A stretch of 63,542 nt of DNA, filler included, from Octopus bimaculoides (GCF_001194135.2; 9 parts of 8 records of this genome joined end to end with filler, not necessarily neighbours in it), one strand, 5' to 3'; counted from the whole stretch's first letter, positions 39,670 through 50,257 are shown. The notes: generated by a model from the letters alone, not told the origin. Program-made: numbers and translations.

Positions 39670-40364
39670 AGTATACACAGATTAAATATATGAACATAGA
39701 TATACATGTTTTTATATGTGTTTGTGTGTGTGTGTGAGTGTTTATGTGTGTGTGTGTGTGTGAGACACTCACACACGTAACACACACACACACACACACT
39801 CTCTCTCTTTCTCTCTCTCACACACGTCTTATGTGTCATGTTTCTTTCTCTTCCACAATAATTCCAGTTAACACACACACCGCCAGTTACCATCCGTACC
39901 CAATTTACCGGCCCCAGCAACCCTACATCGGCATTGATGGCATGACCGTCTTCAACATCAACGCCCCACTCTACAACCAGGAACCAGGATTCTACTACCA
40001 ACACAGTCCTTCCTACCACAACTACCCCACATACCACCACTACCCACAAGTCCACTACCCAGTAAGAACCGTCATGCAAACCCAAACCACCCACCACACC
40101 GTCGCACCTACATACTATGGACATGGTCACGTGTATGGTTATGGAGGATATGGTCATGGAGGATATGGTCATGGAGGATATGGTCATGGAGGATATGGAG
40201 GTTATGGACAGGGATTTGGAGGTTATGGACAGGGATTTGGAGGTTATGGAGGTCACTATGGAGGTCACTATGGAGGTTATGGTTATCCTTATGGAGGTCA
40301 TTATGGTCACCACACCGGATATCCCTACTTTGGCTATGGTCACGGGTACCCGCACCATTATTAA
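30021..40364 (+). CDS. Secreted Gly/Tyr/His-rich modular structural protein (suckerin / His-rich-beak-protein-like), 9 coding exons, 918 nt, 305 aa
   Basis: join(30021-30057,30637-30660,32245-32457,34007-34036,35337-35363,36191-36220,38517-38546,38678-38707,39868-40364). All introns are GTAAG...AG and phase 1, and the frame stays open from ATG to TAA. Protein: [305 protein letters not shown]. Family assignment is by resemblance only. Confidence 0.9.
30637..30660 (+). CDS. Coding exon 2, 24-nt microexon (A-ATLFNPT), end of signal peptide
   Basis: ttttttttcctttcag|CTGCC...ACCG|gtaaga. Phase 1-1, in frame with exons 1 and 3. Confidence 0.85.
31685..31768 (+). ncRNA. Minimal type-I hammerhead ribozyme (Penelope-type) in intron 2
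   Basis: TTCC-CTGATGA-[GAAGGTTACA...TGTAATCCTTT]-GAAAC-ATAT-GTA/GGAA. Intact core, stem I TTCC/GGAA, palindromic stem III ACATATGT, GUA cleavage triplet ending at 31764. Confidence 0.7.
32245..32457 (+). CDS. Coding exon 3, 213 nt, Gly/Tyr/Phe-rich block ending [12 protein letters not shown]
   Basis: ttcaattag|GAGCTCAAGGATATGGTGGA...TTTTTCG|gtaagt. Open frame with GGY repeats. Likely signal cleavage at TGA|QGY. Confidence 0.92.
32810..33040 (-). mobile_element. R4/Dong REL-endonuclease fragment in intron 3
   Basis: [11 protein letters not shown]...[33 protein letters not shown]...CFLIDVSI. Confidence 0.8.
34007..34036 (+). CDS. Microexon m1, 30 nt ([10 protein letters not shown])
   Basis: tgtatttcacag|CTTCTCAACAAACTCACCAAATACCCATCA|gtaagt. 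Paralogous to m2-m5. Confidence 0.88.
35337..35363 (+). CDS. Microexon m2, 27 nt (T-SQVHQIPI)
   Basis: ctatttcacag|CTTCTCAAGTTCACCAGATACCAATAA|gtaagt. Confidence 0.88.
   Translation, partial: LLKFTRYQ
36191..36220 (+). CDS. Microexon m3, 30 nt ([10 protein letters not shown])
   Basis: ttatttcacag|CAACTCGTCAAATTCAACATGTACCAATCG|gtaagt. Confidence 0.88.
36243..36557. repeat. 45-bp minisatellite x7
   Basis: Unit TATTCTTATTTTTATCATTATTGATATTAATATTAATATTAATAC. Produces the spurious [15 protein letters not shown] ORFs. Confidence 0.95.
36750..37200 (-). mobile_element. SINE-like repeat with internal tandem units and (ATG)n tail, in intron 6
   Basis: Same family as the + strand copy at about 21560-22085 and the short + copy at 37595-37705. 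Confidence 0.7.
38517..38546 (+). CDS. Microexon m4, 30 nt ([10 protein letters not shown])
   Basis: ttttcatttttacag|CCACCCAACAAGTGCATCATGTACCTATTG|gtaagt. Confidence 0.9.
38678..38707 (+). CDS. Microexon m5, 30 nt ([10 protein letters not shown])
   Basis: tatttcatag|CCACAACACAACAAGTTCATGTACCTGTCG|gtaagt. Follows a 131-nt intron after m4. Confidence 0.9.
39868..40364 (+). CDS. Last coding exon: Tyr/His/Pro-rich block, [10 protein letters not shown] module, GGY/GHGGY tail, stop TAA
   Basis: ttccacaataattccag|TTAACACA... Matches the C-terminal part of track ORF 39738-40364. Strong codon-level GGA/GGT/TAT repeats. Confidence 0.93.
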
Positions 40365-40402
40365 TTCAAGACAAAACTAGATCCAGCTGAAACGACTGCA
40401 GG

Positions 40403-40680
40403 GTAAGTGTCCACTACTCTCTTTTTTACTCCTTTTACTCTCTCTCTTTTACTTGTTTCAGTTATTTGACTGTGGCCATGCTGGAGCACCGCCTTTTTAG
40501 TCGAGCAAAATCGCCCCCCCCCGCCATCCAGGACTTGTTCTTTGTTAAGCCTAGTAACTTATTCTATCGGTCTCTTTTTTGCCGAAGCGCTAAGTTACGG
40601 GGGACGTAAACACACCAGCATCGGTTGTCAAGCGAAGTTGGGGGAGACAAACACAGACACACAAACACACACATACACAT

Positions 40681-40715
<35 letters not shown>

Positions 40716-41552
40716 CATATATACAACGGACTTCTTTCAGTTTCTGTCTACCAAATCCACTCACAAGGCCTTGGTTGGCCCTAGGCTATAGTAGAAGACA
40801 CTTGCCCAAGGGGCCATGCAGTGGGACAGAACCCAGAACCATGTGGTTGGTAAGCAAGCTACTTACCACACAGCCACTCCTACGCCACGTTTATTTCTGT
40901 TCCACTTTTATTCTGTTATTCTTTTATTCTGTTATTCTTTTGCTCATTTCAGTCNNNNNNNNNNNNNNNNNNNNNNNNNNNNNNNNNNNNNNNNNNNNNN
41001 NNNNNNNNNNNNNNNNNNNNNNNNNNNNNNNNNNNNNNNNNNNNNNNNNNNNNNNNNNNNNNNNNNNNNNNNNNNNNNNNNNNNNNNNNNNNNNNNNNNN
41101 NNNNNNNNNNNNNNNNNNNNNNNNNNNAAATACATATATGACAGGCTTCTTTCAGTTTCTGTCTACCAAATCCACTCACAAGGCCTTGGTTGGCCCTAGG
41201 CTATAGTAGAAGACACTTGCCCAAGGGGCCATGCAGTGGGACAGAACCCAGAACCATGTGGTTGGTAAGCAAGCTACTTACCACACAGCCACTCCTACGC
41301 CACGTTTATTTCTGTTCCACTTTTATTCTGTTATTCTTTTATTCTGTTATTCTTTTGCTCATTTCAGTCATTTGACTGCAGCCATGCTGGAGCACCGCCC
41401 TAAACGTTTTTTTTGCTGTGGGACTGACCCCAAAGCCGCATGCTTTACAAAGTGATGTTTCTTAAGCTCACAGCCCATGAATATGTTATTGATTCCATTC
41501 CTACATTCCTGTTCTCTGATTCTCTTATTCTTCTAATCTTCTATTCTTCCAG
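40403..41552 (+). other. Putative intron in the 3'UTR of the structural gene
   Basis: CAGG|gtaagt donor 38 nt after the stop. Acceptor ttctaatcttctattcttccag ends at 41552. Not transcript-verified. Confidence 0.6.
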
Positions 41553-42082
41553 GTTGCTGATGTACTTTACATTTCAACTACCATCAAACAATGACTGAAA
41601 GAAAAAAAACAAAACAAAAACAAACCCTTTAAATAAATAGATAAAAACCATACACAACAACAACAACACCTGTGAAAACAAAAGAAAATGGATAATGATA
41701 TATAACACACATACACACACATAGATATGTGTATATGTATATATATATATGTGTTTGTGTATATATATATGTATATGTTTATATTTATATATATGTGTAT
41801 ATATATGTATGTATTTGTGTCTATGTATGTGAAGAATATTCCCATTTTTTTTTTTCGATATTTTTACATTTTTTTTACATTTGTCACATGAACCTATGTC
41901 AACACCGCCAACATCAGCAACAAGAAGAACACCATCCTCAGCAATAACTGAAACACCACCATCAGCTGCGATGAAATGAAAATACGAAAAACGAAAATGA
42001 AAATGAAAATTTTATAAAAGCAGTAATGGTTTATATATGAATGTATATAAAATGGTTTTTATAAAAATACAAAGAAATTTGT

Positions 42083-42088
42083 AATAAA
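42083..42088 (+). promoter_or_regulatory. Candidate polyadenylation signal of the structural gene
   Basis: AATAAA followed immediately by GU/U-rich ttgtttgttgtgtt. An alternative AATAAA lies at 41632. Confidence 0.45.
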
Positions 42089-43599
42089 AATTGTTTGTTG
42101 TGTTATAAATTCGATTTTGTTTTATTTTGCATTTTAAAAAAATTTTGATTTAGTTTAAAAAAATTTTTTTTTTTTTAGATTTTATTCAGTCATTAATCTT
42201 TACTCAATCCTTAATCTTTACTCAATCATGAATCATTTGGTTGTGACCATACTACGATGGGGACCACCTAGGCATCTTATTACCTTTATCTATGTTTTGC
42301 ACCTGCTATAATCATCCTTTCCTCTCTCACTTTCTCCCTCCACTCACCATCCCCTTATCCCTTATTAAATGTGAGTAACCCTGAAGACTCCACCGTACGG
42401 ATGTGCTCTTCCAAACCCCTCTCATACTAACTCCTCTCGACCCCCACCTAGCATGAATCTGAGCTGAGAACTCCCAATCTTGCAAACCGTGTAATAGCCT
42501 TAATAGTGCAGGGGTTACAGAGAAAAAAAAAAAAAAAGCACCCAGTCCACCATGTAAGGTGGTTGGCGTTAGGAAGGCCATCCAAGCTGTAAAAACCATG
42601 TGAAAGCAGACACTGGAACTATAGAAGAAGGCACTTGCGCAAGGTGCCATGCAGTGGGACTGAACCCAGGACCTTGTGGTAGGGAAGTAAGCTTCTTACC
42701 ACACAGCCATGCCTGTGCCTATGTATGTATGGGTGTATAAGCACACACACCTAAATTTGACAGTTTGCATAAGAGGAAAAGAAAACACAAAATCTCATCC
42801 AAAAATTTTTTTTTAAAAATGTTTTAAAAACTCAAAAACTATTGACTAGATTATGGCTGGGAGATAACACTTTACTCAGAGTAGCATCTCTGGAACCTTG
42901 CACATATACTCCTCACTGTATTCCTGCGAAGACCTTCAAACACTTCCTTGATTTTGGCTAATAGCTCAACTGTGGTATTACGGGACTGGTCTCGGCGGCA
43001 ATATCGACTGTGAGTGTGTGTGTCTGTGTGTCACGCACATGGCTGAGGCAGTGGTCGACGGCTAATAAGTCCGTCATCGGGCACGAGTGTGTGTGCTGGT
43101 CGGCGCACGAATGCGATCTCTGCTCCGAGTTAGTTGTGAAGAAGAAGACACACACGTTGGACGAAGTGCGGGCAAACGGCAGGAGTAACTTGGACTCTCT
43201 CTATTGACTCTGTTGAGTACTCTCTCTATTGACTCTCTCTCTTGACTCTGTTGAGTACTCTCTCTCTATTGACTCTCTCTCTGCATTGAGTAGTCGTTGT
43301 AGTAGCAGTGACATTATGTGCATCTCTGATCATGAGCAGAAACAGTGGGGGAACATCATAGCCATATGTTGAGAGGAATTCTTAGGGGTTTGGATAATTC
43401 ACCTTTGGAAACATGGGTGTTTCATTCAACATCCTTAAACAGACCTTATTCAGGGACCTTTTGAGCGGGATGTGTTACTCGACCGGAAGAAAATTCTGAA
43501 TGGGTCCCGTCTGCGAGGTCATGCAGTAGTGGCAGTGAGTAAACTTGGAAGCAAGCACGCAGGCAATTAGCAGCATCGTCCGGTGCGAGCAAAGAGTAA

Positions 43600-43790
43600 T
43601 TAATCCATGGGATTACAATTTCAGGAATTAGGATGCCAGAAAATTGGGGCTGGTGAAGTCATAGAAATTCTCCAACAACCAGTTCTGTCTCTTTCTGGAG
43701 GTATGATAAGGAGGCTGAATCCTGCTGCCACACATATGGCTTTCTAGGAGCAACCTTCTGCAGCCAGGGTTTGACAACATTCTCCTGTAA
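43600..43790 (-). mobile_element. Tc1/mariner-superfamily DDE core fragment
   Basis: ENVVKPWLQKVAPRKPYVWQQDSA...NWLLENFYDFTSPN..WHPNS*NCNPMD (frameshifted WPPNSPDLNPMD-like). Confidence 0.7.
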
Positions 43791-44774
43791 AGTAAGCCAG
43801 TTGCTTGTTTGAGTCATGCTGACTCATAAGGGCCATTTTCTCAGTTTACATGGCTTATAAATTTCTCACCTGGATGGGACGCCAGTCCTTCACAGGATTA
43901 CTCCTTTATGCCAGCTGGAGCAAAGTGAAATGAAGTGTTTTGTTCAAGAACACAACATGTCGCCTGGTCCAGGAATCGAAACCACAATCTTACGATCATG
44001 AGTCCAACATCCTAACCATTAAGCTATGCACCGCCACACAGTCTCCAGTAGCTTACCTCAAAGCACAGCCTACTGTCTTATATATACACACTTGTATAAG
44101 CCAACAAGGAAGACCCTGACATTGTGGCTAGACTTGCAAGAAATAGCAGCCAAATCTCCCTCAAAGCATGCCCTGCCATCTTATGTATGCACATATGTAT
44201 TTATGAGCCAATAAGGGAAGCCTCTACATGGTTGCTAAAACTGATTGAAATCACAGCTAAACTCCTTCAAATCATGTCCTATTGTCATATGGGGGAGAAC
44301 TCTACATAGTGGTTAGGCTAGCAGAAATAGCAGTTAAATATTCCTCAAAGCTCACTCTACTGTCTTTGAAAGGCAAAAATGGTTTTGGTGGAATTTGAAC
44401 TTAGAACTGGAAGATGAATTGCCCATAGCTCAAACAAAGCTCACCCCACAGTCTTATACATAATTTTATTATTGTATTTGTGTCAGTCATTAGACTACGG
44501 CCATACTGGGGTACCAGTGCTCAAACACACACACACACACATATGTATGCATATATGTGTATGTATGTATATATATATATACATATATATATATTATCCG
44601 TATCACGTCCTCACTTTGTTGTTTTTTTGTTATTGTTNNNNNNNNNNNNNNNNNNNNNNNNNNNNNNNNNNNNNNNNNNNNNNNNNNNNNNNNNNNNNNN
44701 NNNNNNNNNNNNNNNNNNNNNNNNNNNNNNNNNNNNNNNNNNNNNNNNNNNNNNNNNNNNNNNNNNATATAGGA

Positions 44775-45130
44775 GCAGGAGTGGTTGTGTGGTAAATAGC
44801 TTGCTTACCAACCACATGGTTCCGGGTTCATTCCCACTGCATGGCACCTTGGACAAGTGTCTTCTACTATAGTCTCAGGCTGGCCAAAGCCTTGTGAGTG
44901 GATCTGGTAGACGGAAACTGAAAGAAGCCCGTCGTATATATGTATATATGTATGTGTGTGTGTATATGTTGGTATGTCTGTGTTTGTCGCCCCATCGCTT
45001 GACAACCGATGCTGTTGTGTGTACATCCCCGTAACTTAGTGGTTCAGCAAAAGAGACCTATAGAAGTGTCCATTTGCTCGACTAAAGGTGGTGCTCCAGC
45101 ATGGCCACAGTCAAATGACCGAAACAAGTA
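44775..45130 (+). mobile_element. tRNA-headed SINE-like repeat, family B (GTGGCTGTGTGGTAAG...GGTTCAGTCCCAC...CAGTCAAATGACTGAAAC)
   Basis: B-box-like GGTTCA.TCCC. Partial copies near 4900-5270, 7440-7640, 19960-20150, 40440-40890, 42630-42720 and 47100-47450. Confidence 0.7.
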
Positions 45131-47534
45131 AAAAATTAAAAGAATATATATATATGATGGACGTCTTACAGTTTCCATCCACCAAATCCACTCACATGGT
45201 TTGGGTTAGTCCGAGGATATAGTAGAAGACATAAGGCGGCGAACTGGCAGAAACGTTCGCACGCCGGGTGAAATACTTAGCGGTACTTCGTCTGCCGCTA
45301 CGTTCTGAGTTCAAATTCCGCTGAGGTTGACTTTGCCTTTCATTCTTTCAGGGGTCAATTAAATAAGTACCAGTTACGCACTGGGGTCGATATAATAAAC
45401 TTAATCCTTTTGTCTGTCCTTGTTTGTCCCCCTCTGTGTGTAGCCCCTTGTGGGCAGTAAAGAAATAAGACGACATTTGCCCAAGGTGCCACCCAGTAGG
45501 ACTGAACACAGAACCATGTGGTTTTTACCACACAGGCCCTGTAAATCATTTTCATATTCCATGGAAAAGAACATTAAACCCAAAGTTTTGTATTTATGAA
45601 CAAATTACATCAAATTGTAAAGAAAACAAATCCCTCCTGAACAAATATTGTAAAAACAAGAAATGCTGGCATAACAGAGAGAGAGAATGAGTGATAAGAG
45701 TAAAGGGGAAAAAGACGAAAAATGGAAAAAGGAATCTACTAAAATTGGGATAAGGTGATTTATCTGATGTTGTGAAGAGAGAGGTGAAAGAAAAAGGAAA
45801 TGAATTATGAACTTGAGCAGATATGTTTTTTTCCATATTTTCCTTCCGTTGGAAAAAAATTTTCAAACTGTAGTAACAACAGCAACAGCAGCAGAAAAGG
45901 GTGACGACGATGATGATGATGATGATGATGATGNNNNNNNNNNNNNNNNNNNNNNNNNNNNNNNNNNNNNNNNNNNNNNNNNNNNNNNNNNNNNNNNNNN
46001 NNNNNNNNNNNNNNNNNNNNNNNNNNNNNNNNNNNNNNNNNNNNNNNNNNNNNNNNNNNNNNNNNNNNNNNNNNNNNNNNNNNNNNNNNNNNNNNNNNNN
46101 NNNNNNNNNNNNNNNNNNNNNNNNNNNNNNNNNNNNNNNNNNNNNNNNNNNNNNNNNNNNNNNNNNNNNNNNNNNNNNNNNNNNNNNNNNNNNNNNNNNN
46201 NNNNNNNNNNNNNNNNNNNNNNNNNNNNNNNNNNNNNNNNNNNNNNNNNNNNNNNNNNNNNNNNNNNNNNNNNNNNNNNNNNNNNNNNNNNNNNNNNNNN
46301 NNNNNNNNNNNNNNNNNNNNNNNNNNNNNNNNNNNNNNNNNNNNNNNNNNNNNNNNNNNNNNNNNNNNNNNNNNNNNNNNNNNNNNNNNNNNNNNNNNNN
46401 NNNNNNNNNNNNNNNNNNNNNNNNNNNNNNNNNNNNNNNNNNNNNNNNNNNNNNNNNNNNNNNNNNNNNNNNNNNNNNNNNNNNNNNNNNNNNNNNNNNN
46501 NNNNNNNNNNNNNNNNNNNNNNNNNNNNNNNNNNNNNNNNNNNNNNNNNNNNNNNNNNNNNNNNNNNNNNNNNNNNNNNNNNNNNNNNNNNNNNNNNNNN
46601 NNNNNNNNNNNNNNNNNNNNNNNNNNNNNNNNNNNNNNNNNNNNNNNNNNNNNNNNNNNNNNNNNNNNNNNNNNNNNNNNNNNNNNNNNNNNNNNNNNNN
46701 NNNNNNNNNNNNNNNNNNNNNNNNNNNNNNNNNNNNNNNNNNNNNNNNNNNNNNNNNNNNNNNNNNNNNNNNNNNNNNNNNNNNNNNNNNNNNNNNNNNN
46801 NNNNNNNNNNNNNNNNNNNNNNNNNNNNNAGGAAATTATGTCACCAAACACAGAATCATTAGCACCATGCTAACATGTTAAATTATATTCCAGCTTTTTA
46901 ATGATAATGACTGCTTTATCATGCTTGATAATATTCGTTTCTACTCAAGGCACGAGGCCTGAAATTTTGGGGGAGCGGGGCCAGTCGATTATATCGACCC
47001 CGCAGTTTCACTGGTACTTAATTTATTGATCCCGAAAGGATGAAAGCCAAAGCTCGCTGTCTTTAAATATTCTTTTCTATTCTAGGCTCAAGGCCCGAAA
47101 CATGGCTCTGGATTCAGTCCCACTGCATGGCACCTTGAGCAAGTGTCTTCTACTATAACCTCAGGCCAACCAAAGCCTTGTAAGTGGATTTGGTAAACGG
47201 AAACTGAAAGAAGCCCGTCATATATGTATGTGTGTGTGCGTGTGTTTTTGTGTGTGTTTATCTCCTCACCATCGCTTGACAACTGATGTTGGTGTGTTTA
47301 CGTCCCCGTAACTTAGCGGTTCGGCAAAAGAGACTAATCGGATAAGCACTAGGCTTACAAAAGAATAAGTCCTGGGGTCAATTTGTTCGACTGGAGATGG
47401 TACTCCAGCATGGCCACAGTGTCAAATGACCGAGACAAATAAAAGAATAAAGAAATTGAGAAAATTGGGAAATAAATATCAGGACCTAACCAGAAAGATG
47501 AAGAGATTACAAAAGATTAACCTGTTAATCATTC

Positions 47535-47640
47535 TTCAATTGGCACAACGTGAATACAAAAGATGCCATGACAATGTGGCAAGAATGATCCCTCGGGAGC
47601 TCTGTGGAAATCATGGCCTACAAAGAGCAAAGCTGGGATC
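47535..47640 (+). mobile_element. R4/Dong fragment
   Basis: LAQREYKRCHDNVARMIPRELCGNHGL, resembling the conserved LAQ.EYKRRHD.VA motif. Confidence 0.65.
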
Positions 47641-47875
47641 TTTTTTAAAACGGGGGCCACATTTTTCATTAACGAAACACTTTGAAACTTGGAACACTGG
47701 TAGAATGTGTCATATAAAACATTTTTTTCTCTTAGTCTTCTTAAAAAAAAAAAGAAATCCATAAGTTATTCCATGTTAAAGTTGTCGTATTTCTGTAATT
47801 TCAACCAATCACTGACGTCCATTCAGCCGATATACATTAAGTGCCGACTACATAAACAAACGATTCTGAAACAAT

Positions 47876-47937
47876 TAACCCTAACCCTAACCCTAACCCT
47901 AACCCTAACCCTAGGGTTAGGGTTAGGGTTAGGGTTA
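47876..47937. repeat. Inverted telomere-type repeat (TAACCC)n|(TAGGGT)n
   Basis: About 6 CCCTAA units, then 4 TTAGGG-type units, centred on CCCTAGGG at 47909-47916. Confidence 0.95.
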
Positions 47938-48330
47938 AAGNNNNNNNNNNNNNNNNNNNNNNNNNNNNNNNNNNNNNNNNNNNNTTAATTAATTAANNNN
48001 NNNNNNNNNNNNNNNNNNNNNNNNNNNNNNNNNNNNNNNNCTACAAAAAGTCATTAAAAATTCAAATCTAAATATTAACTTCTGTCATAACCTTTCCGTA
48101 ACGGATTCAAATTGATCCACCATTGGAGAACATGAACACATAATCTAAGAGCTCAAAAGAAAAGTTACGACGTATTACTACTTGGTAGATAACTTTAATC
48201 GTAAACATTTACACATACACACATACAGTTGATCGTAATGAACACTGATACAAAGACATACACATTCCTCTTGACCTGAAACTATTAGCAAATCTACTAT
48301 AAGAGTATTTCGAAACCGTCTTTCACTCAC

Positions 48331-49046
48331 CTTCATCAATATCTTTGGTGGTGATGTTCTTTAGTTCTCCAGTGAGCCACTCTGTATTGTTACACTGGGA
48401 CATGTCTGGTTTCAGCCACATGCTCGTAAATGGCGAACACTTTCGTGATGTCCTATATTGATTTGTTGTCAATTCTTGATATGCCACCATTCTGGAAGAA
48501 CTGAAATTTTATTATCAAATATGTCTCATCGTTTTATTTCAGCAATCACACTGGAATGCAAGAATTACGTTGATCTGGTTGTAAATTGTTCTTATAATCT
48601 AGTTGATGTAGTTAGACCAAAGTAAAAATCTTGTCACACTCTATATAAAATGGAAGACACCAGTGTTAAATGGTTTGAACTGACAGACATTAATTCTATA
48701 ATTTTAATCTTTGTAGGTGTTTTATTTAGTATACTGTGTAGCATTCTCTCACAAAGAGATTAAAGTGAAAACTTCAAAATTTGTGAAGAGAGAAAACAAT
48801 ACAAACGAACCAGTGTCTTGTTGCTGTGTTTGCATGGCATCGAATCGTCGCATTAGTTCCTACTTTTGTCATTGGCCAATTGAATGTACCATTGTAAGTT
48901 GATGTGTCTTCATTACAAAACACTGAAAAAGATACAAAACGAAGATATGAGATATACATGAGAGAAGAATTTAGTGTAATTTATATAATAAAAATACAGG
49001 GATATTTGTAAAGGTAAGTGATTAAGTAATTATATTTTAATCAAAT

Positions 49047-49143
<97 letters not shown>

Positions 49144-50257
49144 TATGTCATTATAACTTCGGTGATGAAGAAAAACAAAAGCGATTAGATATCCACGTTC
49201 CATTCTGCCTGAATGTATAAAGAATGGGTACGTTACATTCGAAATTGTCTTAAAAGAAATAACTAAAAACGATTAGAGCCATGAATTAGGACAGCAAAAG
49301 CGAAGAAAGTTATAATTAATGGATTCTAAATATATTTACAAAATGAATCCCTGATTTGTTGAATTTATCGCCCTTTCAATATATAGAAAAAGGTAAAAAG
49401 AAAAAAAGCGCATCTGGCACAAGTTGCTTCAAACTCCAAATCGAAATGGGAGATAACTAAAGTAACCTGTTGGCACTGAATTTGCAGAATTGTTAGCACG
49501 TCTCACTGAGATCTAGGTTCAAACTCTGCTGAGGTTAACTTTGTCTTTCCTCCTTTCCAGGTCTATAAAAAAAAATAATATCAGTCCAGGCACTTTTAGT
49601 TCTTTGTACAAATCCCACTATGTCATTCCGGTGTGGTAGAATTAATCCATCATCCGGTTTAACAAAGTTGTGTGACAGCTTCAGTGCTACTTATGAAAAA
49701 GAACATTCTGATATAAGTATTTGATCTAGGTCTCTAGTTTGGTGACACCCACTTTCCTACCTCTCACCCTCTACGAAGAACCTGTAAAAAGGATCATGGA
49801 ATTGTCACGAATTAATATGTCATTAAGTATAAGAGGGTTGGGATCTTCTGGAGACATCTGTGATTATGTGTCTGCCTTAAATGTCGTCATCAGAACAGCA
49901 TTCAGTAATATATAAGACTTAGACGTGTGTATTTGTGTGTATGTTTGTCTGTGTGTCATGTTTCAATGGTAACACCTATTTATGACAGCGAATATGACGC
50001 CGACAATGATGAAAAGGATGATAATGAGTGATAGCGATAAAAAGTAAAGAAATTATAATGGGTGATAGCGATAGAAATGTTAAGAAACTCACTACTTACT
50101 TTCACCTTTTGATTTCACCTTAACTTGGTTTATTCTCAAGTTACGCAATGTTTGGGATGCATTCAGAATTTTGTAAAGTTTTTGCAAAACCTGATCTTTA
50201 GTACTTCCAATGAGGGTTGTACAGTAAATAGTAAACAGCACTGTACTTTTCTCCAAA
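48331..50257 (-). CDS. Adhesion GPCR ectodomain fragment (SEA-like C-terminal half, HormR domain, start of GAIN), 3 exons
   Basis: complement(join(50257-50100,48922-48811,48500-48331)) with canonical AG/GT and matching phases (1 then 2). The split codon TG|T supplies a conserved Cys. Protein: LEKSTVLFTIYCTTLIGSTKDQVLQKLYKILNASQTLRNLRINQVKVKSKGE-M-FCNEDTSTYNGTFNWPMTKVGTNATIRCHANTATRH-C-SSRMVAYQELTTNQYRTSRKCSPFTSMWLKPDMSQCNNTEWLTGELKNITTKDIDE. The C..WP.T..G..A...C...ATR.C...W..PD.S.C pattern is HormR. Several N-glycosylation sequons. Confidence 0.8.

Noticed and set aside
39315-40380. ORFs 39315-40358 (-) and 40117-40380 (+; MEDMVMED repeats, superficially reflectin-like Met/Asp)
   Set aside because: Antisense and alternative-frame shadows of the GGY/GGH exon. 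No reflectin motif, and the splice phase selects the Gly/Tyr frame.
40720-41390. About 230-bp direct duplication either side of gap 40955-41127; similar case at 6290-6579
   Set aside because: Identical sequence flanking an N-gap is typical of unmerged contig overlap.
47876-47937. Chromosome end-to-end fusion site
   Set aside because: Repeat polarity is opposite to a telomere fusion scar and the tract is very short.
49761-49781. 21-nt minus-strand microexon candidate in the aGPCR intron (tttttacag|...AG|gtagga)
   Set aside because: In the required phase it reads AGT TCT TCG TAG (stop). At most a poison exon, with no support.
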